In this document: positions 50,663-61,154 of the stretch, piece after piece | Layout: each line of letters starts with the position of its first letter | Position numbering within the stretch: the stretch's first letter is position 1 | Origin: a virus | Taxonomy: Duplodnaviria; Caudoviricetes | Reading direction: 5' to 3' (one strand) | IMG/VR virus record: IMGVR_UViG_3300001765_000027 | Location: 1-64,000 of that record | Length of the DNA: 64,000 nucleotides | Made by a program: the position numbers and the translations under genes | The notes under the pieces: model-generated | What the model was told of the DNA's origin: nothing | The model's database searches: none | The model's input: the letters and a program-made list of their open reading frames with translations, nothing else

Positions 50663-51494
50663 CGCCCGTAGTACGGTGCTGCCATGCGGCAGTATCTACT
50701 ATAGGTGCTGTACTACAGTACAGAGTGCTGCTGGGTGTTGCTGATTGCAATCGATTGCAAACTGGGCCTTTCGCGGGAGGCCCTGAGGTAGTACCATTCA
50801 TCTATTGATTCATTCCATAGAGGAGAATACCGTGAAAAGTAGAGCAGATGCTGTATTGAAGGGCGTAGAGGCGCTGCGCAAGCTTCGGCCTAACATGAGA
50901 GTAGAGATTCACCCTGCGAGTGATCGTCCATTGATCGTAACGCTGGATGGTTGGGTATCTATTTCTGAGGCAGAGATTGAGGTTGTGCGGTCTAGTATCT
51001 TGGGCGATGAAGTGGTCAAGGTACAGGGCTTTCTGCTTGAGAAAGCGGTTATGTCCTATGGCGCGTATTCTGAGCCGGACGATGTTGATATTGTAGCCGT
51101 GGGGGAGTACGAGAACGTGCTACCGGTAGTACGGGATGCCTACATGGAGATAGTGGAGAATGAACTGTCTCAATGCTTGGAGTATGTGTGGTACGAAGAG
51201 TCTTTCGTGGATGTATCGGAAGAGTAGCTGTAGGAGTACCATTCGTTTCGTAGGCTAATTCAATCCATACAGGAGAACTGAAATGAAACTGATCTATACG
51301 GAGAGTGGCGCAGCAGTACAGAAGGGTGACAAGGTTACTAGCTTTCGTGGTACCGAGGCCACAGTAACTGGCTGGGATGAGCCGCGCCACGCTGGTTCTA
51401 CCGGACGGGTATATGTGCGCGAAGTAGAGTTGGCTACCTGCGACTGCTCTTACTTTCCCGGTGTCTTTAAGCTCAAATTCGTGGAGGATTAATC

Positions 51495-52094
51495 ATGGAT
51501 CGCACTGTTGCTCTGGATGCACTCAAGGTTGGTCTGGAGTCCGGTACTGTGTCGGACAAGGATCGCGGTTTCGTGGAATCGCTGGTAGCCCAGAGCGCTA
51601 CTCGTGGCTTGTCGGACAAGCAGTGGTATTGGGTAGCCAAACTGGCTAGTAAGTTGGTTGGTGATCCGCAACCCGCTACTGTGGCTAACTTCGAGCGCGT
51701 GTATGTGATGTTTCAGAAAGCGAAGGAACACCTGAAATACCCGAAGTTCAATCTGGCTACTCCTTCAGGTCGTGGGGTGAAGTTGTACCTTTCTGGAGAG
51801 CGTAGCAGGGTTCCTGATACCGTCAATGTAGTTGATACCTGCAACGACGGCTGGTACGGTAGAGTCTATCAGGATGGTAAGTGGGAGCAGGGTACCGCAT
51901 CGTCTGGAATGGACGAGGTAGAGGCGCTGCTTAACAGGTTGGCTAGCGACCCAGAGGGGGTAGCTGCGGAGCATGGGAAGCTCACAGGTAACTGTTGTTT
52001 CTGTAGTAGGGGGCTATCGGATGAGCGCAGTACAGAAGTGGGGTATGGCCCAGTATGTGCCTCACGCTACGGCCTTACGTGGGGCAAGAAGTAA
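51495..52094 (+). CDS. DUF6011-like zinc-finger protein
   Basis: C-terminal G.CCFC.R.L.DERS...GYGPVCA. Confidence 0.75.
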   Translation: MDRTVALDALKVGLESGTVSDKDRGFVESLVAQSATRGLSDKQWYWVAKLASKLVGDPQPATVANFERVYVMFQKAKEHLKYPKFNLATPSGRGVKLYLSGERSRVPDTVNVVDTCNDGWYGRVYQDGKWEQGTASSGMDEVEALLNRLASDPEGVAAEHGKLTGNCCFCSRGLSDERSTEVGYGPVCASRYGLTWGKK

Positions 52095-54943
52095 GCCCCT
52101 GTAGGGGTATAGTTCGGATTCCATCAATCCATACCGGAGAATGAAAATGAAACCTGTACCTACGATGTTCTACGTTGTGTCTCATGTCATGGCTCGTGCT
52201 ATCAAGGAAGGGCGCGACTGCAAACGCGGCACGATGTACGGCGTGTTCGCTACGGCAGCTAGCGCTGCGGCCTATGTCACGAACAACAAACTGGGGCTTT
52301 GCTCTACCGTAGTAGAAAAGTAGTAGTGAGGATTGCGCCCTCGTAACTGGGGGCGTAAGATTCTCCCATGTTCATTCCATAAAGGAGATAGATGTGACTG
52401 CTAAAAAACGCATGCCGATAGAGTTTTCCCCGCACCTGATCGACGCGGTGCATACCGTAGTGAGTGCGATATACTGCGATGCCGCAGAGTTCTGCGAGGA
52501 TAACGAAGAACTGATTGAGTTAGTGCTAGACGCAGACCGGCTCCTGACGTTTGCCGATCCGCAAGCTGAAGAAGAGGCATCCAGACTGATTGACTTGTAT
52601 GGATTTGACAAAGTGCGCAAGCAGTTGTCTGCCAAGTGTAATTACATCTAACCAAGGAGTACGTGATGGACGTAGTGTATAACGAGGCCTTCGGGCAACT
52701 GGAGATTAGCGGAGATTCTGCTAGTACGCTATTCGCTGCAACTGCGAAGATGAATGGGTCGGATGTGTATGAGTTTGAGGACGAGGCTGGAAAAGGATAT
52801 GCCTTCGTGGCCGGAAAGCTCACATACCTGTTTCAGAAGGTTGCGGGTGTGCAGCGTTTGACTATCATGGGAGGCTAATCGTGAGACTATACAAGGATAC
52901 TGATGGTATCAAGTCTTATGCCACTGAGGCTAATGCGGAGAAAGCTGCCGATAAGCTAGTAGATCAAGTTACTGAGGCTAGGTTACGTTATGTGCTAATG
53001 CCGGCCCAAGGTGGTAGGTACGCAGTGTGCTTTATCCTATCGCAGCAGCAGATGTGGATGGCTGGCGGTATCGCACATCTCGGTTTTTGTGTGACGGGGT
53101 AAGCCATGACACTGAAAATCAAACCTGCTCATATAGACAGACTTCGTGAGGTAATGGACGTATTTCTGAATGAGGATACTGAGCAGCTATACAAAGACGC
53201 TGGGATGACTACGCGTAGGTATCTATGGGATGCGTTCTGGTCGGCATGTAAATGTGATCCGCACTTGAACGATGTTGTGCGAGAGATATACACCTACGCC
53301 GACGATACTCACCTGTATTCCGTATTCAAGATGTTGTGGAAGGAGAAGCAAAATGGAACGATCTGACTTGATAGAGCCGATCTACAGTGGTGACGAATTC
53401 CATAGCGAATTACTATCGCTGAATGCGAAGTACGGGCGCGGTGATCCAATCAGTATTACATGGGATGCCGGCACCGACTGGTCGCTTGCTACGGGTGTTA
53501 TTCGTCGTGCTATCGTAGTTTGCCAACTGCAATACGGGCAGGCAGCGTACCTGATGACGGTTCATTGTTGGGATACGCAGTACATACTGAAGTTTAGACG
53601 GCACACGGTAACAGTGCAATCAGACTACTTTGCGTCCTGATAAGAAATCCCTATTAAACTGTGAAAGTCGATAGTTTCGTGCTATTGCGGGAATTTACGA
53701 GAATTTCTCGTGGTTTTCGCATAGCGTGGGAATTTGTAATCGATTGCAAACTGAGGCTTGCGGAAGGTTTAGTGGGGCGGTAAAGTAGCACCATGTTCAA
53801 TCCATAGAGGAGAAGATGATGCGTGAAGTGAATCAGTACCAGACAGCCGACCTGTACCGCGAGGCATTCAAGCAAGTGTGCGAAGAGGATGACTGGAAGA
53901 AGCCAATTGACTGCATGGTTCCCTACCATCTGGCTAACCTGTACATGCAGGCTATTGAATTCGTAACTGGGGTTCCGGCACAAGGTACTGCGGCAGGTTG
54001 CGTGCCGGGAATGTATCGGCTTACCTGTATCGGCTACCGCGCAGGGCCGTGTAACTAACATGGACTACCACTGGAAGAATCTGGAAACGGGAGGCTCTGG
54101 AGTCTCCCAGTTCAAGCCAGTGCAGCACTCCATATTCGGTGAGGAAGGCTATGTAGCGCAACGCTCACTGGATAAAGCTGCCGATGACTTGATAAACAAG
54201 TGGAATGCTCAACAACCTAAAACGTGGAAATACTGGAGGGATCATGCGAATGCCTGAGGCAATAGTAGTGGTAAAGGATGCGGATTGGTGGGTAGGACGT
54301 ACTCTACTGTGGCTATTTGCCATCCGTGGGTTTCTCGACACAGTTACGTCACTGGGGGTGTGAAATGAGAGTTAGTGCAAAGCATGGATTGAACCCGTCG
54401 CTGGTAACTTGTTTTTGGTGCGGGGAGGGTACAGGAGAGATAGTGATGTTTGGTGCATCCTACCCAAAGGGCGCTGAGGCACCAATGCACTCAGTAATGA
54501 ACTATGAGCCGTGCGCAGACTGTAGGGATAAGTTCTCGTTAGGGATAGTCCTGATGGAGGCCCAGACTCGACCTATTAAGGATCGCCCTGAGATTCAGGA
54601 AGGCGTGTGGCCTACGGGAGCGCATGTCGTGATAACGGAGAATGATCTTCGTAGGGCATTCGATCCTGCGACGGCAGACAGCGTGATAAAAGCGGGGAAG
54701 GCATTTATCGACACTGCTACCTTTACTCAACTATTCCGTGGGAGTCAATGCGATGGTTAGTGTAGTCATGGAGGAAGGCTCTGATCGATTGGAGCTAGAA
54801 GTGCGCGGGGCGGTACTACACCTAAACAGTGTAGAGGCTAAGAGAGTGGTCATGTTCCTAGCACACGCCCTGAGCAAGATGCCGGAAGCGCCTGTACAGC
54901 AAATGCGGGAGCGGCTGGAGAATACGTATCTGGGGAGAATGGC

Positions 54944-55375
54944 ATGAGACAAGAGGTGGCTATACGCTCTGCCTTCAAGATTGCGGAAAGGTTAGCTGCA
55001 TGTGATGGGGTAGTAGATACGCCGGACTGTGCATGGAGTCAATTCAGGTTTAACGTGGTATGGTTATTCGGCTCTACTGCGCAAGGTAAAAAAGAACCCG
55101 GTGATATAGACATCATGTACGATGCTGCGTCGGGCGGGGTGTGGCAACCAGATAATCTATTTACTGGTAAGAGCCACAAAGGCCACGCTGACTACGTTGC
55201 GTTAGTGTGGCTTAGGAGAGGACTGAAGCTAGTCAGGTATCACGACTACTACTGTGATAACTTTGCACTGGATCATGGCGCAATACAGCTATGGCCTGTT
55301 AATGAATTAGTGGTAGCCGCTGATGCCTTGGTTACTAAACGGTATCGTCCTGTTAAGCGTGAGGATTTTGAGTGA
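54944..55375 (+). CDS. minimal nucleotidyltransferase-fold protein
   Basis: VWLFGS..G.....DIDI Pol-beta superfamily motif. Confidence 0.7.
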   Translation: MRQEVAIRSAFKIAERLAACDGVVDTPDCAWSQFRFNVVWLFGSTAQGKKEPGDIDIMYDAASGGVWQPDNLFTGKSHKGHADYVALVWLRRGLKLVRYHDYYCDNFALDHGAIQLWPVNELVVAADALVTKRYRPVKREDFE

Positions 55376-55684
55376 GGGAGGCTATGGTGAGTAAAGGAAT
55401 GACAGCTACTGAGAAATACCACTATGAGGAATACACTAGACTGCGGGAACAGGCCCTGCTCATCTATAAGGTATGGGATAACAAACCAGTACCTGACAAG
55501 GTTAAAGCGCCACACTACAAAACAGCAGACCTGTTAATGCGACAAGCAGACCACCATAAGCAACTGTGGATCAACGCTGCAAGTACCTAATTTGTGGGCG
55601 GGGAGGTAAATAGATAGTGAATACACCATATAAGACATATAGGACTGCATATAGACATAGAGTGCATCCTATTACTGATTTACT

Positions 55685-55730
55685 TTGTGTTATATTTTTT
55701 CCCGATCTACTTGTGTTATATTTTTTCCCG
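55685..55730. repeat. 20-bp direct repeat in AT-rich noncoding tract
   Basis: TTGTGTTATATTTTTTCCCG at 55685 and 55711. Confidence 0.8.
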
Positions 55731-56045
55731 TCTTACTGCGTGTTTCCCATCTGAACAAAATTTTCAAATCGTGCCCTATATGATTCGTGGTATGGTGTTA
55801 TTGTGTCATGCTGTCATGTGCTGCCACGGCAGCCTTATAACTATGGGTGCTGCCACGGGGTACTGATACTAACTACGTGCTGCCACCTATTACTGATACT
55901 ACTGTATAGTGGTGGTGAGTGGTGGGTGCTGCTGAGTGGTGTAGTGGTGAGCGCCCCGCATGTGGGTACGTGGTGACCTACCCGCGATTCGTGGGACAGG
56001 GCATAATTCGTTCTCCATTAGTTCATTCCACATAGGAGTTCTGAA

Positions 56046-56357
56046 ATGTTCCACAATCAAGTACAGACGCCCTCCCCTGAGTTCCTTGCGTATTGCGATG
56101 CTATTCGCCCCGCACCTGTTGTTACTGCGTACCGCGCAGGATACTTGGCAGGCGAGGTCGCTCGTGAGACGGGAGCCGGTTTGCCTGACGCATTGCCGGA
56201 AGTCATTGAGTACCTGTACAACAATACTGGCAATGAGCACTACATTGATCTAGTCGAGTCCGCCCTGATCGAGTCAGCGTTTCTGGATGGGGCGGCAACG
56301 GCGTACTGCGATCAAGAGCCTTTGACCGACAATCAGATCGTTGTGGCCTACGACTGA
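56046..56357 (+). CDS. hypothetical acidic protein
   Basis: AGGAG RBS with leader motif. Confidence 0.6.
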   Translation: MFHNQVQTPSPEFLAYCDAIRPAPVVTAYRAGYLAGEVARETGAGLPDALPEVIEYLYNNTGNEHYIDLVESALIESAFLDGAATAYCDQEPLTDNQIVVAYD

Positions 56358-56431
56358 GTATTGACGATGGCCCTGTGTTGCTTCAACATGGGGTCTCGTT
56401 TTGAAATCAATTACAAAAAGGAGTAACTGAA

Positions 56432-56596
56432 ATGTCCAAGAGTCGCCGTCGTGAGAATAACGAATCAGTGATGAGTAAAGTGGCAACGGGTAGCAAGCGT
56501 GTTGTGTTGAGTATCGAGAACCGCCGTGCGCGGAAGGCAAAGGCAGCAACGTGGAAGCGTCAGTGGAACGAAGAACTCCTCTCTGACGTAGTATAG
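56432..56596 (+). CDS. small Arg-rich protein (54 aa, not in ORF track)
   Basis: AAGGAG RBS; MSKSRRRENN...ENRRARKAK. Confidence 0.55.
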   Translation: MSKSRRRENNESVMSKVATGSKRVVLSIENRRARKAKAATWKRQWNEELLSDVV

Positions 56597-56641
56597 TTCG
56601 TTTCGTAGTACATCCCATTCATTCCATATCTGGAGAATATC

Positions 56642-56881
56642 ATGGCAGTGTTCAAAATCCTCGGTACCATTGTGAAAATCCTCGAAGGCGGTGAAGAGAA
56701 GCGCGTGCTTACTAAGACCTACGTCCGTGCCCCTAACGCCGACTACGCTGAGGTCATGGGTATCAATCTGGGCTTCATCGAATCGGAAGTGTCGTACTTC
56801 GGGCAGGATCACTCTACTGATCTGGGTAACAATACCCACTACGCTGCGGACAACGGGCTAGGAGTACTGCCCGGAATGTGA
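56642..56881 (+). CDS. hypothetical protein
   Basis: GGAG RBS; terminator at 56898-56929. Confidence 0.6.
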   Translation: MAVFKILGTIVKILEGGEEKRVLTKTYVRAPNADYAEVMGINLGFIESEVSYFGQDHSTDLGNNTHYAADNGLGVLPGM

Positions 56882-57163
56882 GAATAGGGCCTAATCTGGG
56901 GTAGGGCTATGCCTTACCCCTGTTCTTTTAACGCAACCTAGTGCTGTTAAGTGCCCTTAATTATCACGTTTCTGGTGGTGCCATGCGGCTTCTATTACTA
57001 GTATGGTGCTGTCTGGCGTTTAGTGCTGCTGTCTGCTGCTGAATATGCCTCTGGTGTTTGAAATCGATTTCAAAAATATTTTGTGCGTGATGCACACAAG
57101 CGCCACTGTTTCGATATAATAGGTACTCCATCAACGTAGTACATTCCATATAGGAGTTCTGAG

Positions 57164-57625
57164 ATGACAAACGCCACCCTGAAAACGAAGTCCGTGAAAA
57201 CCGTCAAGGCCGCTGCACCTAAGGCCGTGAAGAACACTCCCGTCAAGAAGACTGCCGTCAAGGCTGAAGTCAAGCCGACAGTGTTTGCTCTGGTAGCCGG
57301 CCTCGCCGTGAAGGTCGAACACAAGGCCCTGAAGCAGGCCGTCAAGTACCACGTATCGAAAGGCTCCCTGAAGCTCACCACGGCGGGTGTAGAGCTTACG
57401 GCGCAGGGTAAGACCTTGTGGGACGCTGAGCGGGTAGCAAAAGACCCTGCCAAGTTCCAAGAGATAGCTGCTTTCGTGAAGGGTACGGGAGAGTGCCCGA
57501 AGGAGTGGAAGGGCCAGCCGACTACCACTGTGGCCGATGGCGTGAAGTTCCCGAACATGCTCTACTGGGGTAGCTTCACCACTGGGATTATGCGTCAAGC
57601 GTTCTCTGCGCTCTGGGCCAAGTAA
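57164..57625 (+). CDS. Lys/Ala/Thr-tailed putative DNA-binding protein, copy A
   Basis: Close paralogue of 59012..59473 (DPAKFQEIA, GECPKEW.GQP, FPNMLYWGSF); own -10 TATAAT and terminator 57641-57670. Confidence 0.8.
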   Translation: MTNATLKTKSVKTVKAAAPKAVKNTPVKKTAVKAEVKPTVFALVAGLAVKVEHKALKQAVKYHVSKGSLKLTTAGVELTAQGKTLWDAERVAKDPAKFQEIAAFVKGTGECPKEWKGQPTTTVADGVKFPNMLYWGSFTTGIMRQAFSALWAK

Positions 57626-57978
57626 TAGAGTGAGACTATCGGGGAGGGTGACACCTCCCTGATTTTTTATTGGCACACTTCCTGCTGAGCAAGTGCCATG
57701 CCAGTACTGATAAGTGGCTGCTGCCACGCCATAAAATTTACTTTTTATTCTGGTGTCGTGGGTGGTGCCTGCTGTCATATCCTGCTGTACTATGCTGCTG
57801 TCGAATAAGTCCGGTGGTGCCACGCATATGTTGTATTTATGGCGGTGGTGTCTGGGTGGTGGTGTCTGGTGGTGAAGTGTCATTTCTGAAATCGATTGCA
57901 AATGTGGCATTTCTGAGCGATTTGTGGGGGAGGTACAATGGGTCTCTTCCAACCACACCACGAGGAAAGGCAACAACC

Positions 57979-58161
57979 ATGCAAATCAAATCTAACACCT
58001 CAGATATCGTCGTTTCGTTCCGCGATATTGACGACAACATGATTGAGGGCCGTATATACGCCGAAGCGGGAGAATTTTATTGGTCAATCGAAGCAGTAAT
58101 GGGGCCATTCAATTCCGAGCAGGAAGCATTTGTCGATATGCTTGCATACTTCAGAGGGTAA
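57979..58161 (+). CDS. small acidic early protein
   Basis: TACAAT at 57934, GAGG RBS, terminator 58167-58190. Confidence 0.65.
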   Translation: MQIKSNTSDIVVSFRDIDDNMIEGRIYAEAGEFYWSIEAVMGPFNSEQEAFVDMLAYFRG

Positions 58162-58303
58162 GGATAAGAGGCTTCGGCCTCTTTTCTTTTACCCTCTACA
58201 TAGTGGTGCTACTGTCTACTGGTGAGGGGTAGGCCCCTGAGGCACACGCGATTTCTGGGGCGGGGTACAATGGGTTTCCTCAATTCCATATAGGACAAAC
58301 GAA

Positions 58304-58537
58304 ATGCCTAACATCAAAATCCATAGCGTTGTTACCCTCCAGAATTCCTTGGGTCGTATCCTCATTGTTGAATACCCAGAGGGTTGTTTCGGTACCGACG
58401 ATTCTATAGGTTTCCTTTGGTTTGACGAATCCGATTTATCGCAGGAAGAGAATGCTATTCAGTATCCCGGCGATAGGGTATTCCTACCTACTCCAGAGGA
58501 AACCATAAACAACGCGTTTCTACATTTGAGCGTTTAA
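58304..58537 (+). CDS. small acidic early protein
   Basis: TACAAT at 58266, leader motif, terminator 58544-58570. Confidence 0.65.
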   Translation: MPNIKIHSVVTLQNSLGRILIVEYPEGCFGTDDSIGFLWFDESDLSQEENAIQYPGDRVFLPTPEETINNAFLHLSV

Positions 58538-59011
58538 TAAATCGGGAGGTAAAACCTCCCTTTTTATTTATCTACTATTCAGGTGCTGCCATCCAGTAGT
58601 TGATACCCCTGCATGTGCTGCCACGCTATCGGTTATACCCTGACGCCTGCTGACTGTAGGGTACTGGTAGCGCTGTTCCTACTGAGTGCTGCTGAGGGTC
58701 TGGTGCCACTGTCCCTACAATACTGGGCCTAGTGCTGTCGGATACATGGTCTGGGTATGTGGGTGGTCTGGGGCTATCGCCGGGGGCTGATCGATAGGCA
58801 ACCCCTATCGGGTATTTCCGACGCGTCTGGTATGGTATGACTTTTGACAATGCAAGGGGCATGCCCGAAAGCGAAAAACGAAAGAAATTTATTTTTGCAA
58901 TTGATTACAAAAAAGGCTTGCAATGCAGAAACGCGCCCCTATAATTCTAATCAGCAACACGGCAACACGGTAACGCGACCGATTCGCGGCAACCCATACA
59001 GGGGCGTCAAA

Positions 59012-59473
59012 ATGGCAACCACCAAAGCAACCACCAAAGCAACCACCAAAGCAACCAAAGCAACCACCAAAGCGGCAGGCAACACACCAGTAAAGGCAAC
59101 CACCAAAGCGGCAGAAAAGAAAGCTCACGTTTTTGCATTGGTTGCCGGTATGGTTCGTAAAATCGACCACAAAGGCATGAAACAAGCGGTTGCTTATCAT
59201 GTATCAAAAGGCAACCTAAACCGCACGGAAAGCGGTTTAGCGCTCACCGAGCAGGGCGCTATGCTTTGGGCAAAAGATAGGGTTAATAATGATCCGGCAA
59301 AGTTTCAAGAAATCGCAAGCTTTATAAACGGCAAAGGAGAATGCCCGAAAGAATGGAATGGGCAACCTATAACGCAAGCATGCGATGGAGCGCAATTCCC
59401 TAATATGCTTTATTGGGGAAGTTTCGCAAGCGGTATCATGCGGCAGGCATTTGCCGGTCTTTGGGCAAAGTAA
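59012..59473 (+). CDS. Lys/Ala/Thr-tailed putative DNA-binding protein, copy B
   Basis: Paralogue of 57164..57625; ATTK repeats; promoter TTGCAA-N16-TATAAT at 58918-58945. Confidence 0.8.
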   Translation: MATTKATTKATTKATKATTKAAGNTPVKATTKAAEKKAHVFALVAGMVRKIDHKGMKQAVAYHVSKGNLNRTESGLALTEQGAMLWAKDRVNNDPAKFQEIASFINGKGECPKEWNGQPITQACDGAQFPNMLYWGSFASGIMRQAFAGLWAK

Positions 59474-59535
59474 GATAAGCAAAAGGGGCGCTAACATAAG
59501 CGCCCCTATCTAATCCTATATAAGGTAGATCAATA

Positions 59536-59646
59536 ATGAAAAACATTTCTATTTATGCGGTTATTGGGTATATCGCTTATCATATCTATACATTAGTTTC
59601 ACTTATCCCCACGATCATAACGCTAGCAAATCGCATGCCACATTAA
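59536..59646 (+). CDS. 36-aa hydrophobic peptide
   Basis: TAAGG RBS; MKNISIYAVIGYIAYHIYTLVSLIPTIITLANRMPH; followed by GACCG/CGGTC hairpin and T-run. Confidence 0.45.
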   Translation: MKNISIYAVIGYIAYHIYTLVSLIPTIITLANRMPH

Positions 59647-59983
59647 CCTATTTCATTATAAAAAAATCGACCGTGTAATATCGGTCTTTTTTATATCCTC
59701 TGGTGCTGTAAGGAAATGATGGATACCGATTTTTTATTTCAGCCATATAGAATTCTTTTTAGTCCACCTAGAGTCCGCACAATTCCAGACATATAGAATT
59801 TTTGGGCAATCTAGGCATGCGGGAGGACTAAAACAATATGCTTTTCCTACTAGTATTTGTGGCTATTGCAGATACATTCAATTCTTTGTATAATCTCGAT
59901 TAGTTTATGGTTACTTTAATTGCATCAGAGATGCACATTTACTGCCCCGGAGAATTTGTAATTGATTACAAAAAGGAGAGAAG

Positions 59984-60292
59984 ATGCCGAGACATAGCGG
60001 AGGGTGGAGACCGATGGGGAGTGCGCCGAGGGATGGGGCAGATTTCTTGGCGGTAGATAAAGGCGGTGAGATGATGGTGGTTAATTGGCCTGCGGGATAC
60101 GCTCTGGGGCGTTGGTCGTTTATGCGTGGGCGATGGGGAGGATCGTCAGTAGCTTTCCTACCTAGATTATGGAAAGGGTTGCCTACTAAACCGACACTAA
60201 TTAAGGGGAAGGTTGATGGCTGTAAAAAGAGTGCGAAGAACAAGGATGGACGGCTCTCTGGAGAGATTCAGTCGGGAGCAGTTGCTGGATAG
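59984..60292 (+). CDS. hypothetical phage protein
   Basis: W.P...APRDG N-terminal motif common in small phage proteins; AAGGAG RBS. Confidence 0.5.
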   Translation: MPRHSGGWRPMGSAPRDGADFLAVDKGGEMMVVNWPAGYALGRWSFMRGRWGGSSVAFLPRLWKGLPTKPTLIKGKVDGCKKSAKNKDGRLSGEIQSGAVAG

Positions 60293-61154
60293 AGTTCGGG
60301 AGTTGGAGGAGCATGTGCGCAAAGTGGATGCGTTGGCTACCGAGTATATGTTGGAGCTTTCGGTGATTCAGGTTAAGGACATGATGGAGCGCGGAGGGAG
60401 GACACGATGAAACTACTATGGATACTGGTTAAACCAAAGGAGAAATGATATGGATATGGACGATGTGGCGGATTTCTTGGTGAGTATGGATGAGCCAGAG
60501 ATGGCAGAGCTAGTGCTTAATACCCACAATAGGTTGGAGTTACTTATTGGCGGTATTGATCGGACTTGCTACGAGGCTATGAAAGATAGCGCTGAGAAGT
60601 TGGTGGAGGAGAATGATCGGTTACAGAAACAAATTTCTATATTGGCGGGGATAGGGTGATGCGAGCGCTAGCCTTATTGTTATGGTTATCGGTGGGCGTT
60701 TGGCTGGTTAGTAATGCCCATGCCGAATGTCGGGTGTCGGTCATAGTTGAAGGGCACAAGCGGGTAGAATGCGACAACGTTGAGGAACGTCGGGCTGTAG
60801 TTAGTTCTATTCGTAGCGAAAGCCGTCTTGCCTATGGCACAAGTGGTCATGGAGTGGTTGGTTCCACTAGCGCACCGCAAGCAATGGCTAAAGATTATTA
60901 TGCGCCCTATGGTGGGTATCATCAGGGCATGCAGTTACAGACAGGAAAGGGGTTCTACACATGGTACAAGTAGAGGATGAAGGGTGGGAGTTTGAATGCG
61001 ACGATGCTGGTTGTAGTTGCCACGAGGATATTGAGCTACAAAAGAAACGGCATTTTGAGCTTATGGTAGCTGCCCTTGTTCGTATCAAAAATAAGCAGAC
61101 GGATGATCCGTGTTATGAGGCGTTCGCTGCGCTAAAGGCTGTAGGGAGGTTGCA

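Larger units (their letters stand above)
42036..55590 (+). other. early region: about 35 small co-oriented hypothetical ORFs
   Basis: Dense + strand ORFs with strong RBS, repeated promoters and leader motif; few recognisable domains. Confidence 0.75.

Noticed and set aside
57670-57978. N-terminal extensions of ORFs 57670..58161 and 58844..59473
   Set aside because: They run through spacer and promoter DNA; RBS-supported starts are 57979 and 59012
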